The translations under genes were made by a program, and so were the position numbers. The notes under the pieces are model-generated. The model made no database searches and had not been told where the DNA came from. It was given only the letters and a program-made list of their open reading frames with translations. Positions 22,300 through 32,439 of a stretch of DNA of 56,108 nt are shown here, in pieces (position 1 is the first letter of the stretch; the number at the start of each line of letters is the position of its first letter). The stretch is from a virus (Duplodnaviria > Caudoviricetes), in the IMG/VR virus record IMGVR_UViG_3300047560_001264, positions 1 to 56,108 of that record. One strand, 5' to 3'.

Positions 22300-22307
22300 G
22301 GACTAAT

Positions 22308-23135
22308 ATGATTAATAAAATAGAACTAGACAAAGTAAAGGTAGCAAGTTATCTTAAACTCGATACCTTTACTGAAGAAATCAACAAAAACTTCGAAACA
22401 CTAGCAACTGCTATAGAAGGTGTTAATATAGAAGGTGTTGTTACAATCCCAGGACCACAAGGCGACAAAGGAGAACAAGGTGAAAGAGGATTACGTGGAG
22501 AACAAGGTCCTGCTGGTCAGGACGGCAAAGATGGTAAAGATGGTGTCCACGGACAAGATGGGCTTCCAGGAATCGATGGCAAGGACGGCAAAGACGGACT
22601 TCCAGGAGCACAAGGTCCTAAAGGCGAAACCGGAGCACAAGGAGTTCAAGGCGTTCCAGGTAAAGACGGCCGAGACGGTATCAACGGAGCACCTGGTAAA
22701 GATGGTGCTCAGGGCCCCGCAGGTCCGCAAGGAGTGGCAGGACCCGCTGGTCCCCAAGGTTTAGGACTTCCTGGATATAAAGGAGTTCGCGTAGATGACG
22801 GTGTTGAAGTTACCATAGATACTATTGTTGTAAAGTTAAACACAGCAAGTCCACGCTCATTACAGTTTAAATTAACAACTGGAACTATGAACGTAAACAT
22901 TAGCGGTATTATCTACTGGACTACCAACGGTGTAGGCAACGTAGGATCTAACTACTTTCAAGGTAAAACACTAACCACAACTTGGCAACAGCCGTTTGGT
23001 TGGGATTTTCCCTGGGCTAACGACTACGCACAATATATGCTACAAGATTTAACTAACGGTAGATTCTATAGAATCACCCTAAGTATTGGGCCCGGTTACA
23101 AGGGCAACTTTATCGTCATGGAACGACTAGTATAA
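22308..23135 (+). CDS. Collagen-repeat fibre protein
   Basis: GKDG/GPQG triple-helix tract and a globular C-terminus; SD AAGGA. Confidence 0.85.
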   Translation: MINKIELDKVKVASYLKLDTFTEEINKNFETLATAIEGVNIEGVVTIPGPQGDKGEQGERGLRGEQGPAGQDGKDGKDGVHGQDGLPGIDGKDGKDGLPGAQGPKGETGAQGVQGVPGKDGRDGINGAPGKDGAQGPAGPQGVAGPAGPQGLGLPGYKGVRVDDGVEVTIDTIVVKLNTASPRSLQFKLTTGTMNVNISGIIYWTTNGVGNVGSNYFQGKTLTTTWQQPFGWDFPWANDYAQYMLQDLTNGRFYRITLSIGPGYKGNFIVMERLV

Positions 23136-23163
23136 CAAATAAATAAGATATCGGAGATATTAA

Positions 23164-24771
23164 ATGTCAAGCAAAATTCAACTAAGACGCGATACATCAT
23201 CAAACTGGACCGCGACAAATCCTATACTAGCCCAAGGCGAGCCGGGATTAGAAACAAACACAAATAAAGTCAAGTACGGTGACGGCACAACACGCTGGAA
23301 CTTACTGGACTATGCCGCAGGTGGTTCCGCAGCCGCCGGCGACTTTACTACAGGTTTTGAAGACGGTGTAGATGATAAAACTTATCACCTAGTTCGTGTA
23401 CAAGGTAAGAAAGAGTTTGACTTCCGTACAGAAGGTTATATGAAGATTGATATCACTATCACAGAAGCTATGCTTGTTGATATTGGTAACGGCAACTTGA
23501 CATTTAATGCTACAGATACTCCAGAAATCGCTGATGTATGGTTGACAAACACTCGTGGCAATAACATTAACTTCTACATGAAGAGCGACTACGAAACAGG
23601 AAACTACAGCAACTGGTATAACGGATTAACTAATCCAGCCGATGGTATATATGTAACTCCTGCTCCTGTACCGTTTAACGTCGGTGATCAAATCGTTTGT
23701 AAGTACTGGTCGGAAGGTACTACCTATACTGGCAGTTATTATGACAACAACGGTTGGTACTATCCAGATACAACTAGCTCAGGACCTAGCAACGAAGTAA
23801 CTATTAATGTTACATATACTCCTTGGCTAGGCGACGGAAGCCCTGGTACAACACTATATGATTTGGCAGATCCAGCACTACTATCTAAACACAGTTTAGA
23901 TTTCCAATCAACTAGTGATTATGCCAGCAATCTACGCAACATCACTAACATTGTCGATAACAACGATGGAACACTGACATTTACATTTGATGGTGTTCCT
24001 ATCCAAACAAATGCTATTACACTAACTACATTCCAGTTTACCGCAGTTGATACACAAGAAAATAATTGGTACTTGACTATCCCTAATGCGATTTATCCAA
24101 CATTTAACACTGACTGTATGAATCCGTACGATGCTCAATACTATACCAACAATATCGCACAAAGTGGTACAGTAACTATCAACGGTGGTGACCCAATAGT
24201 GTTTTACTGGTATGGCAACAGTGACGGCAACAACGGTAACTTCTGGATTAATAAAGCCGATGGCAGTTGGACTTACAACCAAGGTGACACCATTGTAGTT
24301 AACTTTTACAAACATACTACATTAATCACCATTAATACCTATCGTCCAGATAACGCACAGTATAACTGGAACAACGGTTACAAGTGGTTTGACTGGAAAG
24401 ATGACATTGCTACAGAATATAGCCCAGGTCGTGGCAATGGTATAGCAGGCGGTCAAGGACAGTTGTACATGGTAGGATTCAAGGCACCTGGACAAAATGG
24501 TAACGGTGGCGCTAACACAAGTTTAATAACACAGTTTGGTTGGGCAGGACTAGGTAACTATCAACGCAGCCCATACGATCCTTATACACAAGATAATGCT
24601 GATAACAAAGGTTCTTACGGTTGCTATCCGATGAACAACTTTGATGACAATGGTATTGTATTCTATAACAATAATACTGACAACGATTGGAGTCAAAGTT
24701 GGAAGATCCGTATTGTCTATAGATTTGATCTAATTATTGGCGCTGAAGACAACAGCTGGTTCGATTGCTAA
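23164..24771 (+). CDS. Tail fibre/receptor-binding protein with Mtd_N-like anchor
   Basis: KIQLRRDTSSNWTATNPILAQGEPGLETNT.KVKYGDG; N/Y/W/D-rich body; TAAATA at 23140-23145 and GGAG SD. Confidence 0.82.
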   Translation: MSSKIQLRRDTSSNWTATNPILAQGEPGLETNTNKVKYGDGTTRWNLLDYAAGGSAAAGDFTTGFEDGVDDKTYHLVRVQGKKEFDFRTEGYMKIDITITEAMLVDIGNGNLTFNATDTPEIADVWLTNTRGNNINFYMKSDYETGNYSNWYNGLTNPADGIYVTPAPVPFNVGDQIVCKYWSEGTTYTGSYYDNNGWYYPDTTSSGPSNEVTINVTYTPWLGDGSPGTTLYDLADPALLSKHSLDFQSTSDYASNLRNITNIVDNNDGTLTFTFDGVPIQTNAITLTTFQFTAVDTQENNWYLTIPNAIYPTFNTDCMNPYDAQYYTNNIAQSGTVTINGGDPIVFYWYGNSDGNNGNFWINKADGSWTYNQGDTIVVNFYKHTTLITINTYRPDNAQYNWNNGYKWFDWKDDIATEYSPGRGNGIAGGQGQLYMVGFKAPGQNGNGGANTSLITQFGWAGLGNYQRSPYDPYTQDNADNKGSYGCYPMNNFDDNGIVFYNNNTDNDWSQSWKIRIVYRFDLIIGAEDNSWFDC

Positions 24772-24772
24772 T

Positions 24773-25441
24773 ATGATCAAAAAACGCCCTGCTAACACTA
24801 GAGGCGTTATTGATAAGAAAGGTTCTATATTAAGTTATAGGACCTTTCATTTTCAAGAGTACTTCAACTTTGACTATATGAACTTTGGAGCATTGGAAAC
24901 CATCAATGACGATCGTGTAGAACCTGGATACCATGTTGGTAGACACAAACACACCAACAGAGAAATCTTTGGTTATGTTGTAGACGGGCCGTGCTATCAC
25001 ATTGATGACACACGGACCATAGAAATACCTTCAGGTGCTGTACAACGTATGAGCTCAGGATCAGGTATGTTTCACAGCGAAGGCAATGCCAGTGATAAAC
25101 CTGTGCGCTACTTACAGCTATGGATTCGCAGTGATGAAAAGGATGCAGCCCCTAACTACGGTTGGCATCAGTTTACTCGTGAAGATAAGTTAAACAAGTT
25201 CTGCGATATCACAGCCGAACTACCTATTAGAGCAGATGCCCGTTTATTAGCTGGTATTTTTACAGAATCATTTAACTACACACTTAATGATGCACGTAGA
25301 TACTATCTTTACGTTGTTAAAGGCACTGGGACAGTTAATGGCGACACTTTCATAGAAGGAGATGGGTATGCGTTTACTAACGAAACTCAGCTGAGTATTA
25401 CTAGCGTAGATAGTGAGATTTTGTTGTTCGATTTGAGATAA
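24773..25441 (+). CDS. Pirin family bicupin (YhhW-like)
   Basis: FG.L..INDDRV.PG, H.H...EI..YVVDG...H.D, GAVQRMSSGSGMFHSE.N and LQLWI motifs; HxH and HxE metal ligands intact. Confidence 0.9.
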   Translation: MIKKRPANTRGVIDKKGSILSYRTFHFQEYFNFDYMNFGALETINDDRVEPGYHVGRHKHTNREIFGYVVDGPCYHIDDTRTIEIPSGAVQRMSSGSGMFHSEGNASDKPVRYLQLWIRSDEKDAAPNYGWHQFTREDKLNKFCDITAELPIRADARLLAGIFTESFNYTLNDARRYYLYVVKGTGTVNGDTFIEGDGYAFTNETQLSITSVDSEILLFDLR

Positions 25442-25462
25442 ATACACAAAAGAGATTAAATT

Positions 25463-27769
25463 ATGGCATTAAACGTGTGGACCCAGCCTTCTGGATACTC
25501 ACTGGGCACATTCCCAGAGCGAAATCACATTGATATTCAACTTCCAGTGTTGATGGGCACAGGTGCGTCTTTTAATGTTATTTCAGGTGCATTGCCAAAT
25601 GGGCTTTTCATCATTGGAGAAAGTATCCAAGGAAGTCCATACGTTGACGATAACGTACTGGATTATGAGTTCTGTATCAGAGCATCAAATGTTGATGGGT
25701 TTTCAGATAGAACATTCACTATGCAAATTAGCAATGTTGCTGTTCCTGAATTTATAACCCCAGCTGGGGAGTTACCAGTGGGTGTTCATAAACAATTCTA
25801 TGTTTTAGATGGTAGTTACATGAGCTATCAGATTGAAGCACTGGATATGAACCCAGTTGCAACACAAACATTAAGTTTTTATATAGATAATAATGGTGGA
25901 ACATTACCACCAGGTATTACACTGTCAGAATCAGGATTATTAAATGGTTTTGTGGGACCTGCTCTTGTGGCACCGTTTGGATCTCCACACGTTTTTACAA
26001 TGTCATACGACTTTATAGTCACAGTGACAGATGGTATTAACTTCAATTATAGAACATTTGAAATTTTTGTTGCAGATCCTGATGCATTTAGAGCTGACTC
26101 GACGATGCGTGATGGGTTGGCTGGTAAATTTACATCCGATTCAACATTCTTGCAACAACCAGTATGGTTAACCGACAGCAATTTGGGTACTCATAGAGCA
26201 AATAACTATTTGACTATTCCTGTTGCATTGTATGACAGTCAAAGCACTACTTACCGCCTAGAAGCAACTAATATGGAAATGTATGCATCCACTTTCCAAG
26301 TTGCAAACACTGACAATCACGCAGGTAGCTTATACTTGACCATCACAAATGCATCAACTGCGCCAACTGCTGGACAATATTTTACCTTCCTAAACTATCT
26401 TGACATCAATGATAGCACTGTATACAGAATCTACTCAGTTGAAACTATCACGGATGGATATAGACTGCGTTTAACAACACCATTGTTATATGATATTGAT
26501 AATGGATTTACATTCTACATTGGTTCACTGAGCAGCTTGCCACCAGGCATGAGCTTTGACGTGATTACTAGTGAAGTATATGGTCGAGTTCCATACCAAC
26601 CAGCAATTACAACTGAATATAAGTTTACAATTACAGCTATTAGGGCATACGTACTGAGTAGCGAAACCGCCGTATCATCTAGAACATTTACTATTGACTT
26701 ATTGGGCGATATTACTAGTGAAATTATTTGGAATAGTTCAAGTACACTGGGTCCATTAGATGCTGATTACGTTTCTACTTTAAGTTTAGATGCCACTAGT
26801 TCAATTCCACAGGCAATTGTAATTTATGAACAAGTTGGTGGAACATTGCCACCAGGTTTATCGTTGAGTTACGATGGTGAATTAATCGGATCAGTACCAC
26901 AATACTATAACGACATAACTGGTGAGCTTGGTTTGATTACATTTGATGGTGGTACTACTGTTTTTGATAATAACACAACTACATTTGACAGATCATTTAA
27001 GTTTACAGTATCTGCAACAGACCAATATCAATATAGCGCAAAATCTAAAGAGTTTACTATCTTAATTGATACACCGAATGCAGTACATTACAGTAATATC
27101 TATGCAAAGCCATTCTTGGATGCTAATCAACGAGATTACTGGTCATCGTTTATTACTGACACTAGTATTTTCACACCAAGTAAAATTTACAGAGTCAACG
27201 ACCCCGCTTTTGGTGTGCAAACAAATTTACGCATGATGGTTTTTGGTGGCATTCAAACACAAAGCCTATCAACGTATGCAATTGCGATGGAAAATGGGTT
27301 TAAACGCAAGCAATTCTATTTTGACTCCATTAAGACAGCAGTGGCCGTTGATCCTGAAACTGGTGAATCAGTATACGAGGTCATTTACGCACAATTAAGC
27401 GATCCACTTGAACCAAATGGTACTAAGATAGCATCTAGCAATACTTTCAATGGCCAAACTTACTACACTAACAGCATTTCAAATTGGCGTGAGCACTTGT
27501 TTAATACTGGATTATCAGAAAGAAATTATCTACCATTATGGATGCGTACAATCCAGCCAGGAACAAAAGAAGAAATTGGATTTATTCCAGCAGTGCCACT
27601 TTGTTATTGCAAAGTTGGACACTCAACCGACATAATGTTGAACATCAACAATACTAACTTTGATTTTAGCAACATTGACTTTACAATTGAGAGATTTATC
27701 ATAGATTCCGTAACAGGAAGTGTGGGTGATAAATATCTCGTATTTAGAAACGACAGGACAACACTATGA
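25463..27769 (+). CDS. Virion structural protein with repeated putative Ig-like domains
   Basis: Repeated G.LPPG..L...G.L.G and F.VTATD motifs; YLPLWMRTIQ; TAAATA at 25439-25444. Confidence 0.75.
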   Translation: MALNVWTQPSGYSLGTFPERNHIDIQLPVLMGTGASFNVISGALPNGLFIIGESIQGSPYVDDNVLDYEFCIRASNVDGFSDRTFTMQISNVAVPEFITPAGELPVGVHKQFYVLDGSYMSYQIEALDMNPVATQTLSFYIDNNGGTLPPGITLSESGLLNGFVGPALVAPFGSPHVFTMSYDFIVTVTDGINFNYRTFEIFVADPDAFRADSTMRDGLAGKFTSDSTFLQQPVWLTDSNLGTHRANNYLTIPVALYDSQSTTYRLEATNMEMYASTFQVANTDNHAGSLYLTITNASTAPTAGQYFTFLNYLDINDSTVYRIYSVETITDGYRLRLTTPLLYDIDNGFTFYIGSLSSLPPGMSFDVITSEVYGRVPYQPAITTEYKFTITAIRAYVLSSETAVSSRTFTIDLLGDITSEIIWNSSSTLGPLDADYVSTLSLDATSSIPQAIVIYEQVGGTLPPGLSLSYDGELIGSVPQYYNDITGELGLITFDGGTTVFDNNTTTFDRSFKFTVSATDQYQYSAKSKEFTILIDTPNAVHYSNIYAKPFLDANQRDYWSSFITDTSIFTPSKIYRVNDPAFGVQTNLRMMVFGGIQTQSLSTYAIAMENGFKRKQFYFDSIKTAVAVDPETGESVYEVIYAQLSDPLEPNGTKIASSNTFNGQTYYTNSISNWREHLFNTGLSERNYLPLWMRTIQPGTKEEIGFIPAVPLCYCKVGHSTDIMLNINNTNFDFSNIDFTIERFIIDSVTGSVGDKYLVFRNDRTTL

Positions 27770-28359
27770 GCCAAATTGACACAAGCGGAATTGACGCTAC
27801 ATTCCCAGTAGCTGGGCGAGATAACGACAGCCGTGGGTTTAACGATAACTTTAGCGAAATCAAATCCGCATTATCTATCGCAGCTACTGAAATTAGTGAT
27901 ATCCAAGCCAAGGCCGTATTCAAATCAAAGCTAACAGAAAATTCATCATTAGACAATGACATGAATGGAAACTTGATTAAGAATGGTCAGTTTTCACAAC
28001 TTAGTCCTGTTTTTGCAGACCGTGGACAAACAATCACTACATCAACTGATAACCTCGTTGACCTCGATCTTGGCCCAGTACATAAGTTCGTTCTAAATGA
28101 TTCATCAAATGGTTACAATTTTATCTTTGGAAATTGGAGTCAAAATGACAATCAAGTTTCTCAAGTAAGATTAATTCTAGTTGGTGAGTCATCAACTTTG
28201 AGAACAGCAACATTTACAAGAACTGACGGTGGACATAACTATTTTGAAGTTGGCTTCCCATCGCCATTACAGGTATCTAGTACAAAAATGGTGGTCATTG
28301 ATGCTTGGACCGTTGACAAAGGTGATCACGTATACTTTAACGTTGTGGGAACTTACTAA
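27766..28359 (+). CDS. Probable virion structural protein
   Basis: IDATFPVAGRDNDSRGFNDNFSEIKSAL...EISDIQ N-terminal anchor-like motif; TAAATA at 27730-27735. Confidence 0.65.
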   Translation: MSQIDTSGIDATFPVAGRDNDSRGFNDNFSEIKSALSIAATEISDIQAKAVFKSKLTENSSLDNDMNGNLIKNGQFSQLSPVFADRGQTITTSTDNLVDLDLGPVHKFVLNDSSNGYNFIFGNWSQNDNQVSQVRLILVGESSTLRTATFTRTDGGHNYFEVGFPSPLQVSSTKMVVIDAWTVDKGDHVYFNVVGTY

Positions 28360-28589
28360 TGCATCCATTATCTGGTGATTTATCAGTATTCAAGGATTCT
28401 GAATTGGAATCTAAAATACAATACTTGACTAACAAGTACTTTCAAACACATAATATGGAAGTGCGTAATCAAATGGCAGCATTATTAGAAGACTACAATA
28501 CAGAATTGAGCAAACGCAGGCAAGAACAGCTCAAGAAAATGATGGACAGCCGCGATAAATCGCTTGACAAACTCATCAAGGTAGACTAA
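28359..28589 (+). CDS. Hypothetical coiled-coil protein
   Basis: TAATG overlap with the upstream gene. Confidence 0.7.
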   Translation: MHPLSGDLSVFKDSELESKIQYLTNKYFQTHNMEVRNQMAALLEDYNTELSKRRQEQLKKMMDSRDKSLDKLIKVD

Positions 28590-28592
28590 AAT
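28564..28592 (+). promoter_or_regulatory. Sigma70-like promoter; predicted start at the dnaE-fragment ATG
   Basis: TTGACA (28564-28569), 17-nt spacer, TAAAAT (28587-28592); ATG at 28600. Confidence 0.7.
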
Positions 28593-28599
28593 ATAGGCT

Positions 28600-29100
28600 A
28601 TGCGCCTAGATCCGTTTAGTAATCCTATATTCAACGAACAAGATTTATTTGATGCCATGTACAATGGACATCAGCTAACCAGCGACATGTTTGTCGACAT
28701 TAGCGACAACGTTTCTAAATTAGAAAAGAGTTCCAATTTACAATTTTGGCTACCTCTGGACGAATACGATCTCCCATTACCAGAATATGATGCTGCAATG
28801 CAGGCAGATTGGTTCATGCCTGACGAATATAAGAATATGGACATCGAGGCTTATCTAGTAAGCGTGTGTCCAAAAGAAAACTATGAACGGCTCATAGAAG
28901 AACTCCAAGAATTCCGTAATCGAAATATGTTAGACCTTTTGAGATGGTTAAAGTATTTCGTAGATACTATGCAAAAAGAAGGCATCGTTTGGGGAGTAGG
29001 ACGTGGTAGTAGCGTAGCAAGTTATGTGCTCTTTTTACTTGAAATTCACATGATAGATCCGTTAAAATATAATTTAGACTGGCGGGAATTTTTAAGATAA
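28600..29100 (+). CDS. Stand-alone DNA polymerase III alpha (DnaE)-like fragment, 166 aa
   Basis: ERL.EEL..F...VWGVGRGSSVASYVLFLLEIH.IDPLKYNL.W.EFLR matches DnaE GPGRGS.AGSLV.Y.L.IT..DP....L.FERFL; ends before the catalytic PDxDxD. Confidence 0.82.
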   Translation: MRLDPFSNPIFNEQDLFDAMYNGHQLTSDMFVDISDNVSKLEKSSNLQFWLPLDEYDLPLPEYDAAMQADWFMPDEYKNMDIEAYLVSVCPKENYERLIEELQEFRNRNMLDLLRWLKYFVDTMQKEGIVWGVGRGSSVASYVLFLLEIHMIDPLKYNLDWREFLR

Positions 29101-29124
29101 GTATGTATATTAACGGAGAATGCC

Positions 29125-29415
29125 ATGGCATCTAAATTACCTCAATCAGTATATCGTACAGCAAAGGGCGTACACATTGATATGCTAAAACTTATCAACC
29201 AAAATGAAATGACTATTGCCGTGGGCAATATGGGTGTTAACGCCCGTGGTGATAAGATTGGACCAGGTGGTCAAATTATTAGCAAGCGTGAAGAAATCGT
29301 AGGAACTGGTATTCCAAACCAAGTTGAAACAAAACCAGTTATTGCAGAAACACCTGTAGTAAAACAGGCATCTAAGAAAGATGTAAAAGATATGGACCCA
29401 GAAGGCAACGAATGA
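29125..29415 (+). CDS. Hypothetical phage protein
   Basis: YRTAKG..IDM...AVGNM.VNARGD.IG.GG motif; GGAG SD. Confidence 0.75.
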   Translation: MASKLPQSVYRTAKGVHIDMLKLINQNEMTIAVGNMGVNARGDKIGPGGQIISKREEIVGTGIPNQVETKPVIAETPVVKQASKKDVKDMDPEGNE

Positions 29416-29819
29416 CAGTAGTTAAAGGTAAACTCGTACCAATCCGTAACAATATTTTAATTACGGAAATGGAATTTGGTGAGCGCAAAATCGGTAGCAT
29501 CATCGTACAAAGTGATGATGGCAAAAGCGAGGGTGTGCGCCATCGTTGGGGCAAAGTTTGGGCAATCGGACCTGAACAAACTGACGTAAAAGTTGGTGAG
29601 TGGATCCTACTTGAGCACGGCCGATGGAGCCGCGGTGCAACGATTGAACTTGAAGATGGTTCTGAGCTTGTAGTTAGACGTGCTGACCCAAATGGTATTT
29701 TGATGGTCAGTGACGACAAGCCTGATGATAAGATTCTACAAACGTTTGGTCAACATGGCAAAGTGGACCACCAAACATTTGATCCGTCAACATTCGCTCG
29801 CCCATCATTTGAACAGTAA
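29412..29819 (+). CDS. groES: Co-chaperonin GroES-like (Cpn10)
   Basis: L.PIRNNILI, GSIIV, G.VWAIGP, VKVGEWIL motifs. Confidence 0.82.
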   Translation: MTVVKGKLVPIRNNILITEMEFGERKIGSIIVQSDDGKSEGVRHRWGKVWAIGPEQTDVKVGEWILLEHGRWSRGATIELEDGSELVVRRADPNGILMVSDDKPDDKILQTFGQHGKVDHQTFDPSTFARPSFEQ

Positions 29820-29827
29820 GGAACTAT

Positions 29828-30022
29828 ATGGAAATTCAACCAAAAGACACTAGCAAAGGCCACTTTTATGTTAGCCTTGTAAAAAGTTTTCTCCGCATTG
29901 TTGCCGGGGTTAGCTTGATTGTGAGTGCAGTTGAACCCTTTAACTTTGAGCAATATACTATCCTAGCAGGGGCATTGCTTATTGCGGCAGAGTGTTTAGG
30001 CATTATAGAAGAACTAGTATGA
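29828..30022 (+). CDS. Small membrane protein
   Basis: HFYVSLVKS.LRI.AG ... AE.LGIIEELV; two TM helices. Confidence 0.7.
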   Translation: MEIQPKDTSKGHFYVSLVKSFLRIVAGVSLIVSAVEPFNFEQYTILAGALLIAAECLGIIEELV

Positions 30023-30258
30023 GAAATCTTAAATTGGTTGATGCAGTTATTGCGTTACATGAAGTCGCCCGCACAGTTGAAGAAGAAATCGGTCCAGGCA
30101 AACTTTCTGAACGCATTAGAAAAAATGCGAACACTTTGCACGAATTATCGCTCAAAGATGCTCGCAATTCAGAAGTAACTAATAGTATAATTAAAGAAAT
30201 TAAGTCAGAACTAGGCTACAGCCGTATAGGCGCAGACGCATTTAAAAGAGGCAAATAA
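30019..30258 (+). CDS. Hypothetical protein
   Basis: ATG 30019 overlaps the upstream stop; coupled to the next gene by TAATG. Confidence 0.65.
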   Translation: MRNLKLVDAVIALHEVARTVEEEIGPGKLSERIRKNANTLHELSLKDARNSEVTNSIIKEIKSELGYSRIGADAFKRGK

Positions 30259-31172
30259 TGAAAGAACTATGGGTAGACAAATATCGTCCTAAAACATTGG
30301 ACGGCTATGTCTTTAAAGATGAGCATCAAAAGAATACAATTTTAAGTTGGGTTAAGGATGGTAGTATTCCACACTTACTACTAAGTGGTAGCCCAGGTAT
30401 TGGTAAAACAACTCTAGCAAAAGTACTACTACACGAATTGGAAATTCCAGACTATGATGTTATGGAAATCAACGCCAGCCGTGAGCGTGGTATTGATGCT
30501 GTACGTGAACGCATTACTAATTTTATTAGTATGATTCCGTTTGGTCCGTTTAAGGTTGTATTACTTGACGAGGGTGATCGTTTAACACCTGAAGCACAGG
30601 ATGCTATGAAGGGTGTTATTGAGGAATACTCAGCCCATGCTAGATTTATTTTTACTTGCAATAGTCCTAACAAGATTATTCCTGCGTTACATAGTCGTTT
30701 CCAACAGATGCATTTTAGCAGTGTTGACCAAACTGAATTTACAGCCCGTGCAGCAACTATCTTAGTTGAAGAAGGCATTGAATTTGACTTGGATACATTG
30801 GATACGTATGTTAAAGTTACGTACCCAGACTTGCGTAAATGTACAAACTTGTTGCAACAACATTGCATCAATGGTAAATTACTAAAGCCATCTGCGGATG
30901 ATAGCGGTTTGGCAGACTACCGTGTTGAGATGGTTGAACTCTTTAAGAAGGGTAAAATCCAAGAAGCACGTAAGTTAGTTTGCGGTAAAGCCCGTCCAGA
31001 TGAGATGGGTGAAATTTTTACATGGCTATATCAGAACGTCAGCTTGTTTGGTGACGACGCAAAACAGGATAAAGCTATCCTAATTATCAAACAAGGACTT
31101 GTGGATCACGCATTGATTATTGATCCAGAAATTAACCTTGCAGCAACCTTAATTAGATTGGCAGCTCTGTGA
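30258..31172 (+). CDS. Sliding clamp loader AAA+ subunit (T4 gp44/RFC-like)
   Basis: LWVDKYRP, Walker A GSPGIGKTT, EINASRERGID, Walker B LLDE, SRF sensor, PDLRK. Confidence 0.93.
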   Translation: MKELWVDKYRPKTLDGYVFKDEHQKNTILSWVKDGSIPHLLLSGSPGIGKTTLAKVLLHELEIPDYDVMEINASRERGIDAVRERITNFISMIPFGPFKVVLLDEGDRLTPEAQDAMKGVIEEYSAHARFIFTCNSPNKIIPALHSRFQQMHFSSVDQTEFTARAATILVEEGIEFDLDTLDTYVKVTYPDLRKCTNLLQQHCINGKLLKPSADDSGLADYRVEMVELFKKGKIQEARKLVCGKARPDEMGEIFTWLYQNVSLFGDDAKQDKAILIIKQGLVDHALIIDPEINLAATLIRLAAL

Positions 31173-31642
31173 AACTAAAGTTAAAAGAAGCGTACATGCA
31201 AACCGCGGAGACATTCGCGGAACTAAGCTACGCACGTAGATTACACGTTGGCGCCATCATTGTAAAAGATGATAGGATTATTTCAATCGGTTATAACGGC
31301 ATGCCTGCGGGCTGGGATAACAACTGTGAGTACGAAGAAGTTTATTCACGTCAACTGGCACCAGGTGACGATTACGAAACTGTACACACAGGTAACCTAA
31401 AAACAAGACCGGAGGTCTTACATGCTGAAACAAATGCTATCGCAAAACTGGCTAAAAGTACTGAGTCTGGTCTCAATGCTAGTATCTTTATTACTCATAG
31501 CCCTTGCTTGGATTGTGCCAAGCTCATTTATCAAAGCGGGATTAATTCTGTCTATTACCGTAACGCTTACCGCAGCGAAGATGGAATACATTTCCTCAAA
31601 CAGTCGGGAATAAAAGTGGAACAGATAGAAAAGGGGCTCTAA
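31169..31642 (+). CDS. dCMP deaminase
   Basis: VGAIIVKD.RIIS.GYNG.P, HAE.NAI and PC.DC Zn-binding motifs; GTG start. Confidence 0.92.
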   Translation: MKLKLKEAYMQTAETFAELSYARRLHVGAIIVKDDRIISIGYNGMPAGWDNNCEYEEVYSRQLAPGDDYETVHTGNLKTRPEVLHAETNAIAKLAKSTESGLNASIFITHSPCLDCAKLIYQSGINSVYYRNAYRSEDGIHFLKQSGIKVEQIEKGL

Positions 31643-31653
31643 GCCCCTTTTTT
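31629..31653. terminator. Bidirectional intrinsic terminator
   Basis: AAAAGGGGCT-CTA-AGCCCCTTTTTT between convergent dCMP deaminase and phoH. Confidence 0.85.
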
Positions 31654-32368
31654 ATGAATCACCGTAGATCGATAATATCTCCTTAACTGCATTGTGACGT
31701 TCAATATCTCTATGATCAAACTCCACAATGTCAATATATTTTAATTGCTTTCCGGCAAGTAGGTTACAGAAATCAATCAATCCATTGTCATTTAATCTGT
31801 CAGCCTGAGCCAAGTCACCTGTTACTACCATTTTGGATCCTTCGCCAAGTCGTGTCAGTAACATCTTCATCTGATTAACTGTTGTATTTTGACATTCGTC
31901 CGCAATAATGTATGCGTTCTTGAATGTGCGTCCACGCATATATGCCAATGGACTAATTTCAATTACTCCTTCTTCCAACATCTTGGTGATGTCTTTTTGT
32001 TGATAATACTCTAAAAATACGTCAAAAATAGGGCGTGTCCATGGTGCCATCTTTTCATTTAAGTCACCTGGTAAAAATCCTAAATCTTCGTCTACGGAAA
32101 CGGCGGGTCTTGTAACAACTATTTTATCAACAATACCTTCCTGAAATAACTTAATACCGTGCTGAACAGCTAACATCGTTTTACCCGTACCGGCTGGGCC
32201 GATAGCAAATACAATATTAGTATCCTCATCTTGTAGTTTTTGTAAGTATATTTTTTGGTTAGCATTTCGTGCGTGTAACGACACACGTTGCTTTTTTTGT
32301 GGCAGGTATGGTTGAAAATCAATTACCTTAACGTCTGATGTAAAGCGTTTCTTCACTCTTTTTGTCAT
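31652..32368 (-). CDS. phoH: PhoH family ATPase
   Basis: GPAGTGKT, RPAV, LGFLPGDL.EK, PLAYMRGRTF, DECQN, LLTRLGEGSK.VVTGD..Q.D. Confidence 0.95.
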   Translation of the reverse strand: MTKRVKKRFTSDVKVIDFQPYLPQKKQRVSLHARNANQKIYLQKLQDEDTNIVFAIGPAGTGKTMLAVQHGIKLFQEGIVDKIVVTRPAVSVDEDLGFLPGDLNEKMAPWTRPIFDVFLEYYQQKDITKMLEEGVIEISPLAYMRGRTFKNAYIIADECQNTTVNQMKMLLTRLGEGSKMVVTGDLAQADRLNDNGLIDFCNLLAGKQLKYIDIVEFDHRDIERHNAVKEILSIYGDS

Positions 32369-32378
32369 CTAGTTGTTT

Positions 32379-32439
32379 CTCCTACTTTATGGAAAGTAGG
32401 ACATGTAGCGACCGCCTCGATTACTACAGAGGTCCTACA
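32379..32439 (-). ncRNA. Candidate bistable cis-regulatory leader RNA of phoH
   Basis: Perfect 9-bp stem (32380-32388 with 32393-32401) buries the SD; a competing 7-bp pairing (32396-32402 with 32432-32438) frees it; late promoter at 32444-32449. Confidence 0.5.

Noticed and set aside
18427-24771. Diversity-generating retroelement suggested by Mtd_N domains and AAC-rich codons
   Set aside because: Mtd_N is only an anchor domain. I saw no reverse transcriptase, no template/variable repeat pair differing at adenines and no CLec-type C-terminus in the window
28600-29100. Pseudogene call for the DnaE fragment
   Set aside because: It has its own promoter and clean boundaries, with no adjacent degraded remainder
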